A stretch of DNA of 64,000 nucleotides from Candidatus Dadabacteria bacterium (GTDB taxonomy: Bacteria > Desulfobacterota_D > UBA1144 > Nemesobacterales > CSP1-2): contig CAWDVW010000006.1 of NCBI GenBank assembly GCA_963805855.1, forward strand, positions 32,001 to 96,000. The letters are read 5' to 3'. The stretch's first letter is position 1, and each line of letters opens with the position of its first letter. Shown here one piece after another: positions 19,354-30,143 of this stretch. The notes under the pieces are model-generated. The model did no database searches. It was given only the letters and a program-made list of their open reading frames with translations, and was not told the DNA's origin. The position numbers and the translations under genes were made by a program.

Positions 19354-20697
19354 ATGAACTTTAAGGATTTTGAAAAGTCCAAGGTCTATTTAATAAGTTT
19401 TTCCGAGCATATCAGGGATAGAATGTCTGCTTTGAGGTTAAACAGACAGATAACAATAGGTTTTGCAATGATGTTGCTTCTGATGTTGCTGATAGGGGGG
19501 TTTTCAATATTTAGTATATTCAAGCTCAGTGAGGCGGCTTCAAATATCGAGGGAAGATACAAAACCCTGTCGAGCCTTTTCGCATATGATCAAGATAGCT
19601 CTCAGGGATATCTTGCAAACGAACTGTTTGTAGACGCAATAAAAATTTCAGATGATCAGCTAAAGTTTGCTTACATCAATATCTTTACGATGGTAGGAAT
19701 AGCCCTGCTATTTGGAGGCCTACTTACGTTGATTGTTCCCAGAATAATAACAAAGCCAATATTTCATCTGGTGAATGCTGCCAAGGCGGTTGCTTCGGGG
19801 GATTATTCTTACAGGGTGAGAAATCTAATGGGAAGTGTCGAAATCTCAACTCTCATTGATGCGTTTAACAACATGCTTATGAATATTGAACAGAATAAGA
19901 ATGAGCTCGAAAAGAAAAACGAGGAAAATCTAGAGCTACTCCAATCTATCGTGAAATTTAACGAAATTCTAGAGGAGAGGATAGAAGAAGCGACTACGGA
20001 AATTCGGGAAAAACAAGAAGAGCTGATAAAAACTGAGAAGCTTGCTACAATTGGTGAGCTTGCAACAGGAATAGCGCACGAAGTTAGAAACCCGCTTTCC
20101 GGCATTGCAATAGCGCTTGAGATGATGAGGGACGATACAACAAACCCTGAACATAAACAGACTTGCACGGATATATTGCAGGAGATAGACAGGTTAGACC
20201 GCATAATAAGGGAACTGCTAAAGCTTGGGCGCCCCAGCAGGTTGAATCTCATTGAGTGCTCTCCGAATGAGATTGTAGACAGGGCACTCAGCTTGGTTAG
20301 TTTCAGGGCGCGAGAGAAGGGGATAGTCGTTGAGAAAAGGCTAGGCTGCCGTGAACTCTTTTTCGTGGATTACGAGCAGATAGAGCAGGTAGTGCTCAAC
20401 CTGTTAATAAACGGGATAGAAGCGATAAATGGGTTCCCTGCGACATTGACCGTTGAAACAGCGTCGTCCAATGGCTACGTAAGGATAAGCGTGTCCGACA
20501 CGGGATCAGGTATTTCCGAGGAAGATATGGAAAAAATTTTTCGCCCATATTACTCAACAAAGGACATAGGGACAGGCCTTGGACTTTCGATTACTAGTAA
20601 CATCGTTGAGACCCATAAGGGGAAGGTCCGAGTTTCAAGTGACAAAGAAAAGGGTTCTACCTTTACTATCTTGATCCCTTCGGATTTAAAGGTTTAA
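19354..20697 (+). CDS. HAMP-domain sensor histidine kinase (NtrB/ZraS-like); true start probably ATG 19423
   Basis: Two TMs, HAMP, AHEVRNPL H-box, NLLINGIEA N-box, DTGSG, GTGLGL; a transcript from the sigma54 promoter would start after ATG 19354. Confidence 0.92.
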   Translation: MNFKDFEKSKVYLISFSEHIRDRMSALRLNRQITIGFAMMLLLMLLIGGFSIFSIFKLSEAASNIEGRYKTLSSLFAYDQDSSQGYLANELFVDAIKISDDQLKFAYINIFTMVGIALLFGGLLTLIVPRIITKPIFHLVNAAKAVASGDYSYRVRNLMGSVEISTLIDAFNNMLMNIEQNKNELEKKNEENLELLQSIVKFNEILEERIEEATTEIREKQEELIKTEKLATIGELATGIAHEVRNPLSGIAIALEMMRDDTTNPEHKQTCTDILQEIDRLDRIIRELLKLGRPSRLNLIECSPNEIVDRALSLVSFRAREKGIVVEKRLGCRELFFVDYEQIEQVVLNLLINGIEAINGFPATLTVETASSNGYVRISVSDTGSGISEEDMEKIFRPYYSTKDIGTGLGLSITSNIVETHKGKVRVSSDKEKGSTFTILIPSDLKV

Positions 20698-20773
20698 ACC
20701 TTATTTGATTTAGATACTCGTAACTCTGATTTAAAGATAAATTATGTCAATTTAAGCGCCCTGGGAGGAAGCA

Positions 20774-22153
20774 TTGACTGATCTTGTTCTAATAATCGAT
20801 GATGAAAGGCTATTGTGCAAACAGCTGGAAAAGGCCCTGTCTCATGAAGGGCACGAAGTTGTTACTGCGTTTACTGGAAAAGATGGGATCGAGATAGCCA
20901 AAAGAGAAAATCCGGATGTGGTTCTTCTAGACCTGAGACTTCCCGATGTGGATGGTCTTGAAGTTCTTGGCAACCTTACCGGTCTTGAGCCGGTACCTAA
21001 CACTATAATGATGACCGCGCATGGCAACATTGAAGTGGCAGTGGCGGCCATTAAAAAGGGCGCGTATGATTTTATAGAAAAACCCTTTTCAGTCGATAAG
21101 CTAAGAATAATGGTTCGCAATGCCCTGAGTGCCCACGTCCTAAAGACCAATCTGAGTGCTGTAACGATGAGGGAGCAGTTGAAGTATGATTTGAGCTCCT
21201 TTGTAGGTCGAAGCGAAGCGATTAAAGAGATTATCCAGTTGTTATTAAAATTAGCCAATACGGATCCTCGAATGATTCTTATTACAGGAGAAAGTGGAAC
21301 GGGAAAAGGTCTGGCTGCGAGGGTACTACATTTTAATGGGGTGAGGGCCCAAAAACCTATATTGGAATTAAATTGTGCGGCCATACCAGAAACACTTCTC
21401 GAAACAGAACTTTTCGGACATGAAGCAGGAGCGTTTACAGATGCGAAGAAAATGAAAAAGGGCATTTTTGAGATTGCGGATGGAGGAACTATTTTCCTCG
21501 ATGAAATCGCGGATATGAGCTTGTCGACCCAGGCAAAGCTTGTAAAGGTCATTGAGGAAAGAACATTCAGGAGAATAGGAGGTACGAGGGATATTAGCGT
21601 AGACGTGAGGATAATTGCGGCCACGAACCGTTCTCTTAAGGAACTTGTGAGCAAAAAGCTTTTCAGGGAAGATCTGTATCATCGTCTAAATGTTATAAGT
21701 TTTGAGATGCCACCACTGAGGTCGAGGAGAAACGATATCCCTATGCTCACGGACTATTTTGTAGAATATTTCAACAATGAACTTCATAAAAATATTAGGG
21801 TCGTGCCTGAAGGGGTAAGAGAAAATTTCTTGGACTACGCATGGCCTGGTAATGTTAGGGAGCTTAGAAGTACAATAGAGAGAGCGATTCTTCTCAGTGA
21901 TGGTGTTATTCTTAATCCGACTTATATTAAGCTTGAGGGGCAATTACAGAATGACGTGAGGGTTAACGAGAGTCAAGAGAAGATAGTTTTGGAGATGTCC
22001 TTAAATGATATGTCACTCTCAAAAATTGAGGAGAAGGTAATAAGAGAAGCATTGACGATGAATGATTGGAACCAAACGAGGACCGCCGAAAAGCTAGGGG
22101 TCACCAGAGAAGTCCTCAGATATAGAATGAAAAAAATGGGACTTCTCGAATAA
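20774..22153 (+). CDS. Sigma54-dependent response regulator (NtrC/ZraR/AtoC family)
   Basis: REC domain, GESGTGK, GAFTDA, FLDEI, WPGNVREL, Fis-type HTH; TTG start with GGGAGG RBS. Confidence 0.95.
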   Translation: MTDLVLIIDDERLLCKQLEKALSHEGHEVVTAFTGKDGIEIAKRENPDVVLLDLRLPDVDGLEVLGNLTGLEPVPNTIMMTAHGNIEVAVAAIKKGAYDFIEKPFSVDKLRIMVRNALSAHVLKTNLSAVTMREQLKYDLSSFVGRSEAIKEIIQLLLKLANTDPRMILITGESGTGKGLAARVLHFNGVRAQKPILELNCAAIPETLLETELFGHEAGAFTDAKKMKKGIFEIADGGTIFLDEIADMSLSTQAKLVKVIEERTFRRIGGTRDISVDVRIIAATNRSLKELVSKKLFREDLYHRLNVISFEMPPLRSRRNDIPMLTDYFVEYFNNELHKNIRVVPEGVRENFLDYAWPGNVRELRSTIERAILLSDGVILNPTYIKLEGQLQNDVRVNESQEKIVLEMSLNDMSLSKIEEKVIREALTMNDWNQTRTAEKLGVTREVLRYRMKKMGLLE

Positions 22154-22177
22154 ATAAACATATAATAAGACTAGAGA

Positions 22178-23872
22178 ATGCAAATGAACTCGGCAGTAAT
22201 TGCTGTAGTCGTACTGATACTTTATTTTTTTGGATATCGCTTCTATTCGAGATATATCTCAAGAAAGGTGTTTCAGGTCTCAGATGATGAATTAACCCCG
22301 TCTCATGAGCTTAAAGACGACTTGGACTTTGTGCCGACAAATAAACACGTGCTCTTTGGTCACCACTTCGCCTCTATAGCCGGTGCGGCACCAATTATCG
22401 GACCTGCGATAGCTGTTTTTTGGGGTTGGCTCCCCGCGATAATTTGGATAGTGGTGGGTACCATTTTTATGGGTGCCGTGCATGATTACAGTGCGCTGGT
22501 AATCTCGGCAAGACGAAAGGGAAGATCTATCGTTGATATTACAGGAGTGCTGTTAAATTCGCGCTCTAGGACATTATTTCTCTTGATTGTCTATTTCCTG
22601 ATCTTCTTCGTGTTAGCGGTATTCGCCTATGCAATCGCAGCCCTTTTCGTTAAGTTTCCTACTAGCGTGTTGCCAATAAATTTTCAGATAGTTATCGCTG
22701 TTGCTATTGGGTTATTGTTTTATAAGAAGGGTGTATCGATTCTGTGGCCATCCATCATTTCGCTTGTCTTAATCTATATGATGATATGGGCCGGGACAAA
22801 GCTACCTGTTCATGTCCCGCCGGTCATGGGCAGTGAAATCGTTACTTGGATTATCTTATTGTTATTATATTCCTTTGTTGCCTCTGTGCTTCCCGTCTGG
22901 TTATTGTTACAGCCTCGCGACTACATAAATAGCCACATGCTGTTTTTTGGTCTTGGTATTCTTATAATCGGATTGCTTTTCGCTCATCCAACAATGCAGG
23001 CACCGGCACTTAATCTCAACAAAGTCGGTGCCCTACCAATATTCCCATTCATTTTTATAACAATCGCATGTGGGGCGATCAGCGGTTTTCACGGACTTGT
23101 ATCAAGCGGAACTACATCAAAGCAAATGGACAAGATGTCGCACGCAAGATTCATAGGCTATGGAGGAATGCTAGGCGAGGGAACTCTTGCAATGATCGCT
23201 ACTCTAGCGGTTGCTGCGGGTATTAAGCACAGCGAGTGGCTGAAGCACTACGATTCCTGGCAAGCCGCAAGCAGCGGTGGTCTTAGTAACTTTGTTATTG
23301 GAGCTTCGAGTTTCTTACAGGCGTTGAAGATTCCTGACCTGATAGGCAGCACCTTGATAAGCGTGCTAGTCATTAGCTTTGCCGCTACCTCACTTGATAC
23401 CGCAGCCAGAATACAGAGGTTGATAATAAGCGAACTAGGGTCTGCTTATAACGTAAGAACCTTGGAAAGCAGATATGTGGGTGCGGCTTTGGCGGTAGTA
23501 CCGAGTCTTTTGCTGGCAATACTGGCAGAGGCCCCCGGTCAAGGACCCGGTTCTGGCGGATTTCTTCTCTGGCCTCTATTTGGGGCTACCAACCAGCTAG
23601 TCGGGGGTTTGACCCTTCTTGCTGTAACAATCTTCCTTTGGAAAACGGGAAGGCCTGTGATTTACACGTTGATTCCTATGGTGTTCCTAATACTCATGAC
23701 CACAGCATCCATGATTCTGAACTTTAAGGAATTTGCTTATAACCCCTTGTTATTGGTGCTATCGGCTATCATACTGGCACTGGCCGTCTGGCTTATACTT
23801 GAAGCTGCTTTTGTTTACAATAGACAAAGAAACTCAGAAGGCGTAGTTACGAAATTGCCTGAAATGGATTAA
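22178..23872 (+). CDS. cstA: Carbon starvation protein CstA family transporter
   Basis: FGHHFASIAGAAPIIGP, TIACGAISGFH, LWPLFGATNQL. Confidence 0.93.
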   Translation: MQMNSAVIAVVVLILYFFGYRFYSRYISRKVFQVSDDELTPSHELKDDLDFVPTNKHVLFGHHFASIAGAAPIIGPAIAVFWGWLPAIIWIVVGTIFMGAVHDYSALVISARRKGRSIVDITGVLLNSRSRTLFLLIVYFLIFFVLAVFAYAIAALFVKFPTSVLPINFQIVIAVAIGLLFYKKGVSILWPSIISLVLIYMMIWAGTKLPVHVPPVMGSEIVTWIILLLLYSFVASVLPVWLLLQPRDYINSHMLFFGLGILIIGLLFAHPTMQAPALNLNKVGALPIFPFIFITIACGAISGFHGLVSSGTTSKQMDKMSHARFIGYGGMLGEGTLAMIATLAVAAGIKHSEWLKHYDSWQAASSGGLSNFVIGASSFLQALKIPDLIGSTLISVLVISFAATSLDTAARIQRLIISELGSAYNVRTLESRYVGAALAVVPSLLLAILAEAPGQGPGSGGFLLWPLFGATNQLVGGLTLLAVTIFLWKTGRPVIYTLIPMVFLILMTTASMILNFKEFAYNPLLLVLSAIILALAVWLILEAAFVYNRQRNSEGVVTKLPEMD

Positions 23873-23885
23873 GAGAGTCTTATAC

Positions 23886-24332
23886 TCACTCAAATATTGT
23901 TTTATTTGAGACAAGAATTCTTGCTTCGGCAGTAGCGGCAATAATTCCCTGTTGATTTTTTACCTCCCCTGATAGATCGACAAGACCTCCGTCGATCTTC
24001 GGTTTTTCCTCGAGCATCTTAACCTCCCATTCCATTTGAATCGTATCGTCAATATAGATGGGTGCAGTGAACTTTATAGAGGCTTCGACTGTGGATATAT
24101 CAGTATCGTGAAACACGTTGCTGTAAACTCCGACCATCAAGCTGAATGTGAGTGCCCCATGTAGGACCCGCTTTCCGAATCTTGATTTTCTCATGTTTGG
24201 TTCGTTTGTGTGAAGCGCATTAAAGTCTCGAAACAGGCCGGCCGCTTTGACGAGATGGGCCTCCGTTATGGTAATACTCTCTGAGAATTTATCCCCGATT
24301 TTCAACTCACTAAACGCTCTTCCTATTCTCAT
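23886..24332 (-). CDS. MaoC-family (hotdog) dehydratase
   Basis: DFNALH, FGKRVLHG, KFTAPIYIDD. Confidence 0.85.
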   Translation of the reverse strand: MRIGRAFSELKIGDKFSESITITEAHLVKAAGLFRDFNALHTNEPNMRKSRFGKRVLHGALTFSLMVGVYSNVFHDTDISTVEASIKFTAPIYIDDTIQMEWEVKMLEEKPKIDGGLVDLSGEVKNQQGIIAATAEARILVSNKTIFE

Positions 24333-24383
24333 GATGTTTGGCTCCTCATGGCATCGATTTAGCCCTCAGTAAATATTGTAGAC

Positions 24384-24992
24384 CTAGATTTTCTTTCTAT
24401 CCTTCAGTGCCTTTCCCAAAGTGATCTCGTCAACGTATCCAATATCACCGCCAACCGGGATTCCATAGGCAATTCTAGTTGTCTCAATTCCAATCGGCTT
24501 TATTATTTTCGCAAGGTATAAAGCTGTGGCTTCGCCTTCCACACTCGGGTTTGTGGCTATTATAACTTCAGTTATTGGTTCTGTCTTCAGTCTATCGATC
24601 AGTTCTTTGATCTTTAAATCGTCGGGTCCCACACCTTCTATTGGAGATATGACACCATTTAATACGTGGTATTGTCCCCTGTGCTCCCTGCTTCTTTCGA
24701 TTGCGAGCAGGTCAAAAGGTTCTTCGACAACGCAGATCACAGCCTTATCTCTTTTTTGATCTGTGCAAATTGAGCAATTATCTCCAGCCATAAAACTGAA
24801 GCAAATCGGGCAGATAGAAACCTTCGTTTTAGCATCTACGATGGCTTTTGCTATGTCTTCGGCAAATTCCTTGGGAGATCTCAGTAGATGAAAGGCTAAT
24901 CTCGTAGCGTTCTTTTCACCGATTCCCGGAAGTTTCGATAGAGATTCGATGAGCCTGGAGATCGGATCTGGCAAACCGTAGTGCATTTTCAA
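24384..24992 (-). CDS. recR: Recombination protein RecR
   Basis: LPGIGEKNATRLA, C4 zinc finger, ATNPSVEGEATA (Toprim). Confidence 0.97.
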   Translation of the reverse strand: MKMHYGLPDPISRLIESLSKLPGIGEKNATRLAFHLLRSPKEFAEDIAKAIVDAKTKVSICPICFSFMAGDNCSICTDQKRDKAVICVVEEPFDLLAIERSREHRGQYHVLNGVISPIEGVGPDDLKIKELIDRLKTEPITEVIIATNPSVEGEATALYLAKIIKPIGIETTRIAYGIPVGGDIGYVDEITLGKALKDRKKI

Positions 24993-25312
24993 ATAAGACC
25001 GGGTGGCAGACCAAAACCGGTCGCCGCCTTGGCTAGTTCCTCTTTCATGATCTCTCTTCCTCTATTTAGAACCTCATTTACAGCCGCGGTTATTAAGTCT
25101 TGGAGCATCTCAATATCGCCCTCCTGTATGATTGCTGGCTCAATCTTTATTGAGAGTAATTCGCCGTTGGCTTTGGCGACAGCGGTTACCATTCCTCCAC
25201 CTGCCGATGCCTCAATAACCTTTTCTCCGGCTTCGGCCTGTAGTTTTTCCATCTGCTCTTTTACCTTCTCGGCTTGCTTTAGCATATTCTTAATATTTCC
25301 ACCGAATTTCAT
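24989..25312 (-). CDS. ybaB: YbaB/EbfC nucleoid-associated protein
   Basis: AGGGMV, EMLQDLITAAVNE; dnaX-ybaB-recR synteny. Confidence 0.95.
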   Translation of the reverse strand: MKFGGNIKNMLKQAEKVKEQMEKLQAEAGEKVIEASAGGGMVTAVAKANGELLSIKIEPAIIQEGDIEMLQDLITAAVNEVLNRGREIMKEELAKAATGFGLPPGLI

Positions 25313-25317
25313 ATAAC

Positions 25318-26979
25318 CTACTCCTTTTCTCTGATTTTAATATTAACTATTCTTCCCCTGAAGATTTCCATTGCATCTTTAACAGCTTGAGTGTTTTGTA
25401 TTTGTGATCTGATCTTAGAATTTTTATCACTCAAACTCGTATTATCGGCATCGGATGAAGTCGCTATAGCCACTATCTTGTAATCTCTTCCAAAATATTC
25501 TTTTGATAATTTCCGAATTGTGTCTTGGGTCTCTTTACGAATTATGTAATCGTAATGGATTGACTGAGACGGAAACTCTATGTTTATAATCGAATCGCCG
25601 ATTCTCAGAGACTCAGCGTGTTCTAGTTGCATTGCAATAACGGGTTTTTTTTCTTTCAAAAACCGAATGAAGTCTTGACCTTCTACAATTTTTGTTTTGT
25701 CTTCTTTTATTTTTTCTGATCTCTTTGTGTCATCCCTCGATTCGACGTTTGGCGACTTGTCTTTTTGTGTTTTCGCCGCTTGTTTAAGGCCCTGAGTCTG
25801 AGGAACTTCTTTATCATATGACCGTGTAGTAGCATTTACCAGCTTATCTTTAAGCCTTTCAATACTTTTTAAAATATCGTCTATGGCAATTGAAGTATCC
25901 AAAATAGTTAGTTTAACTAAAGCAACCTCAAGTGCCATTTGAGGATAGAACGATTGTTGTATTTCTTCCGCTCCTTTCAGCATGAGATTAAATAGCAACT
26001 CAAGGCTTTCAATACTGTGATCACTAGATAATAGCTCAATTTCCCTTTTCTCTTCCTTAGATATATTAGATAATATTTCCCCCCCAGATGCTCGGATTAT
26101 GAGTGCGTTCCTCAAAGTTTTTAGCAAATCTTCTGCAAATCGCTTTGGACTTACACCCTTAAGGCTTGCTTCATTTAGCGTTTCGAGACACATCTTGGTA
26201 TCTTTTCTGAAAATTGCCGAAACCGCCTTTCTTAAAAGTTGCTTGTCCAGTAAACCCAAGATTCTGGTTGCTTCTTCGCGTTTTATATCTGTGCCGAAGG
26301 TTGCAACAAGCTGGTCTAAAAGGCTCAAAGCATCACGCAGGCTTCCGTCGGATTCCTGGGCTATCAAATAGATTGTTTCTTCTTTGATGTTTATGTTCTC
26401 AGTAGAAGTTACCAGCTTTATCCTATCCTTTATCTTATCCGTTGAGACCTTTTTAAAATCGTATCTTTGACAGCGTGAGAGGATGGTAACAGGGATCTTT
26501 TGAACCTCCGTGGTAGCAAGTATAAAAAGTACGTGCGGAGGAGGCTCTTCCAATGTTTTAAGTAAAGCATTAAAAGCGGATTGAGAGAGCATATGAGCTT
26601 CGTCGATTATATATATCTTTGTTTTTCCTGACGAAGGTAAGTATTTGACGTTCTCAATAATTTCCCTTATGTCTTTTACCCCTGTGTGAGAAGCTGCGTC
26701 GATTTCAATAACATCGAGAGAATTCCCTTCAGATATTTCTTGGCAGTTCGTGCACTCTGAGCATGGAAGATTCGTAGGCCCGTCTTTGCAGTTAAGTGCT
26801 TTTGCGACTATCCTTGCGGTGGAGGTTTTTCCCACACCCCTGGGTCCCGAAAATATAAACGCATGAGCCGTCTTTCCGCTTGATATGGCGTTTTTCAGGG
26901 TTTGGATTATATACTCCTGCCCAATTACATCATCAAAGACTTTTGGTCTCCATTTTCTTGCAAGTACAAGGTATGACAT
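25318..26979 (-). CDS. dnaX: DNA polymerase III subunit gamma/tau
   Basis: LARKWRP, GPRGVGKT, IIDEAHML, NALLKTLEEPP, SRC. Confidence 0.97.
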   Translation of the reverse strand: MSYLVLARKWRPKVFDDVIGQEYIIQTLKNAISSGKTAHAFIFSGPRGVGKTSTARIVAKALNCKDGPTNLPCSECTNCQEISEGNSLDVIEIDAASHTGVKDIREIIENVKYLPSSGKTKIYIIDEAHMLSQSAFNALLKTLEEPPPHVLFILATTEVQKIPVTILSRCQRYDFKKVSTDKIKDRIKLVTSTENINIKEETIYLIAQESDGSLRDALSLLDQLVATFGTDIKREEATRILGLLDKQLLRKAVSAIFRKDTKMCLETLNEASLKGVSPKRFAEDLLKTLRNALIIRASGGEILSNISKEEKREIELLSSDHSIESLELLFNLMLKGAEEIQQSFYPQMALEVALVKLTILDTSIAIDDILKSIERLKDKLVNATTRSYDKEVPQTQGLKQAAKTQKDKSPNVESRDDTKRSEKIKEDKTKIVEGQDFIRFLKEKKPVIAMQLEHAESLRIGDSIINIEFPSQSIHYDYIIRKETQDTIRKLSKEYFGRDYKIVAIATSSDADNTSLSDKNSKIRSQIQNTQAVKDAMEIFRGRIVNIKIREKE

Positions 26980-26992
26980 GATTATTTCAAAA

Positions 26993-27098
<106 letters not shown>

Positions 27099-27116
27099 AA
27101 CTCTATTTTTCATTCA

Positions 27117-27211
<95 letters not shown>

Positions 27212-27588
27212 CAAATAATACATTTTTCGAAATTCTAACATCGGGAATTTAAATGTTCAAAAAACGAGTTGAATGTTTTCTTAATATATTAATGGAATGA
27301 TGACCTTACCCTAAAGTTCTGCGTGTGTGGTTGAAAAGATAAATCCTGTTATATGATCCCAACGCTATCTCCCAGAATGCTAGACACAAAGCAAAAATTG
27401 GGAATATTTTCCTTTAAATTTCTTGCAATCGATAGTCGCTACGAAGAGACCGTCTTCTTCAGTAGGTGAGAGTAGAGCCAATGGACCTTCTTTGAATAAA
27501 AATTGGTACAATGGTACAAAACGCGGAGAATAAGAGTGTTATAAAGAAAATATCCCTTAAATTTTTGTAAGCTATTTCAACCCGCCGG

Positions 27589-28053
27589 TCATTTCCCTTT
27601 ATATTCACACTTACAAATGTCCTTTCTAACATAAGCGATTACATTCAAGATATCATTCTCTGATAGTATACTACCCCATGCGGCCATCATTGGGGACTTT
27701 CCGACGGATGCTCCACCCTCGGTTATTACTTTGACTAAATGCTCATTGCTGAGTGTTGACACATAGTCTGCATCACTCAGGTTCCTAGGTTTGGGATCTA
27801 ACGCTGCTGCCGCGGGTCCATTCCCCTTGCCTTCAGGCCCATGGCAGGCCGCGCAATTGGCCTGGAAAACCTCCTTCCCCTTTGCGGGATCGCCCTCGGG
27901 TTGAGCTTTTGCGAGTACTGCTCCTATTGACTCCTGAGAGTTTTTATAGAGTTTTACCTCATCGTTACTACTTCTTGCGGAGATACTGATGGGCACTAGT
28001 AGTACGACGGTCGTTGCCATCAAGGCAAAAAATGCAGATGTGATTTTGGACAT
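27589..28053 (-). CDS. Periplasmic monohaem class I cytochrome c
   Basis: Signal peptide; CAACHG; PKPRNL; SPMMAAW axial Met region. Confidence 0.9.
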   Translation of the reverse strand: MSKITSAFFALMATTVVLLVPISISARSSNDEVKLYKNSQESIGAVLAKAQPEGDPAKGKEVFQANCAACHGPEGKGNGPAAAALDPKPRNLSDADYVSTLSNEHLVKVITEGGASVGKSPMMAAWGSILSENDILNVIAYVRKDICKCEYKGK

Positions 28054-28469
28054 CGATGACCCTCCTTGGTTTGTTGCATGATCTTCAATACCGTGCTTCG
28101 ATTAATGCATATTTTAACTGTATATTTAGTTTTGTTAAGCATCGATGTATTTTCAATATTAATATCCAGGTTTTATTTTTTTTAGGTAAGAAATAGAGGA
28201 ATTGGTCGGTTCTTAATGATTGTTATGAGTGTTTTTGCTTATAGGCTAATTCATTTCTGACAAAATGTTATTTAACGAAATCATCAAACGATCATCGAAG
28301 CTTAACATGAAATTCAGCTTGGATATCTAATCCTTATGGGATATGGTTAATAGCAATTTCTTTTAATGATAAATTGATTTGCTTGACTTTCCAGGCAACT
28401 TTCTGAAGATTTACGTGGTGTAATAATCGAAGTATCAGGAGATAAAATTACTATAACAGGATCATAATC

Positions 28470-29222
28470 ATGCACTTTGTAAACGTCGATATCAGGGGGG
28501 GAGTGGCGGAAATTACTTTAAACAGACCAAAGGTGAATGCGATAAACGAGCGAGTGGTTCTCGAACTTGCACAATGTCTTAACGAAATTCGACGGGATGA
28601 CACGGCAAAGGCTTTAATTCTGACGGGTGAAGGCAGCTTCTTCTCCTTCGGGTTTGATGTCCCTGAATTATATCAATATGAAAAGAAGGATTTTACCGAA
28701 TTCATGTTGAATTTTTCAGACATGCTAAGAAACGTTTTTCTATTTCCGAAGCCGGTCGTAGCGGCATTGAATGGGCACACCATCGCGGGTGCCTGTATCC
28801 TAGCCCTGGCGTGTGATTACAGATTAATGGTCGCTGAAAAGGCAAAGATTTCATTAAATGAAATAACATTTGGGTCAACCCTTTTTTCTTCGGCCGTCGA
28901 GATGCTCAGATTCTTGGTTGGATCAAGAAATGCTTCGACAATTCTTTATTCCGGGCGAATGTATTCTGCTGACGAAGCGGTTCGGTTAGGATTAATCGAT
29001 AAAGCGGTGGAGAGGGGGGACCTTCTGAATTCTGCCCGTAGTATTGCCGAAGATTACATGAATACAGACGCTCCGGCATTTAGGGGAATCAAGCATCTTT
29101 TGAGACAGCAGGCTGCCGATTACATAAAGGGTATTGAGAAAGACTCTGTCAGAGAGTTTGTAGATATTTGGTATTCTGAAAGCGTTCGTGCCAGTCTTAG
29201 GAAGGTTGTTATCAAAGACTAG
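28470..29222 (+). CDS. Enoyl-CoA hydratase/isomerase family protein
   Basis: FSFGFD, PKPVVAALNGHTIAGAC, SLNE. Confidence 0.92.
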   Translation: MHFVNVDIRGGVAEITLNRPKVNAINERVVLELAQCLNEIRRDDTAKALILTGEGSFFSFGFDVPELYQYEKKDFTEFMLNFSDMLRNVFLFPKPVVAALNGHTIAGACILALACDYRLMVAEKAKISLNEITFGSTLFSSAVEMLRFLVGSRNASTILYSGRMYSADEAVRLGLIDKAVERGDLLNSARSIAEDYMNTDAPAFRGIKHLLRQQAADYIKGIEKDSVREFVDIWYSESVRASLRKVVIKD

Positions 29223-29261
29223 AATTCAATACTACTTGTTTGATTATCATGTTTAACTTTT

Positions 29262-29879
29262 ATGTTGGCGAAATCATGGAGAAAGCGAGGAGTCAATGCG
29301 ATGATTAAGGATTGGGATATCATCAAATCCAAGAGGTTGAACTCTTATAGGATATTTTCAACTAGAATGGATATAGGCAAATCACCTGTCACTGGCAAGG
29401 AGCACGATTTTTATATAATCGAAGCACCGGCATGGGTTAACGTGGTTGCAATTAGTGCCGATGACGAGATTCTTTTAATTAAGCAATATCGTCATGGAAT
29501 CAGGTCTGTAACATTTGAAATACCGGGGGGTATGGTAGATCCAGGAGAGTCGCCGCTTGACGCAGCTAGAAGAGAATTAATGGAGGAGACTGGTTTTATT
29601 TCAAATGACTGGGCATTGATTGGTCATGTTCATCCAAATCCCGCAATTCAAGACAACATATGCTTTACCTATTTGGCAAGGAATGTTGAACAGATAGGGA
29701 AGCCGAAACCTGAGGGGACTGAAGATATAGCTTCCTTTTTGATTCCCACCAGCGAAATAATAAATTTGGTATCCAACGGGGAAATTACTCACGCCCTCGT
29801 CATTTCGGCATTTTATTGGTATTTGTTACATGCTAAAGGTGGAAGACTCCCTAAGGATCTAGAATCTCGTTCAAAATAA
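29262..29879 (+). CDS. NUDIX hydrolase (ADP-ribose pyrophosphatase-like); start possibly 29301
   Basis: Nudix box GGMVDPGESPLDAARRELMEETG; KQYRH. Confidence 0.92.
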   Translation: MLAKSWRKRGVNAMIKDWDIIKSKRLNSYRIFSTRMDIGKSPVTGKEHDFYIIEAPAWVNVVAISADDEILLIKQYRHGIRSVTFEIPGGMVDPGESPLDAARRELMEETGFISNDWALIGHVHPNPAIQDNICFTYLARNVEQIGKPKPEGTEDIASFLIPTSEIINLVSNGEITHALVISAFYWYLLHAKGGRLPKDLESRSK

Positions 29880-29924
29880 CTAATCAGAGCTTTAGTTAAC
29901 TACGTTAGTATTTAACGTGATAGG

Positions 29925-30143
29925 TTATTGTTGGTCACTTCCTGCCCTGACGACCTTACTAGCCTGAGGTCCTTTTGGACCCTCGACGGCTTCGTACTCC
30001 ACAACTTCACCATCCGAAAGGACTTTGTATCCCTGTCCTTCAATAACGCTGTAATGGACAAATACATCTTTGCCCCCATCATCTGGCTCTAAGAATCCAT
30101 AACCCTTAGAGCTATTAAACCATTTTACTTTACCCTTTAACAA
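29925..30143 (-). CDS. Cold-shock protein (72 aa, TTG start)
   Basis: GKVKWFN, KGYGF, DVFVHYS, GPKGPQA; RBS AGGAGGTG precedes TTG 30143, so the longer ORF-track start is unlikely. Confidence 0.93.
   Translation of the reverse strand: MLKGKVKWFNSSKGYGFLEPDDGGKDVFVHYSVIEGQGYKVLSDGEVVEYEAVEGPKGPQASKVVRAGSDQQ

Noticed and set aside
20842-21654. 270-aa minus-strand ORF, and similar ones at 7865-8479, 19809-20252 and 43730-44155
   Set aside because: Lie opposite well-supported genes and have no motifs
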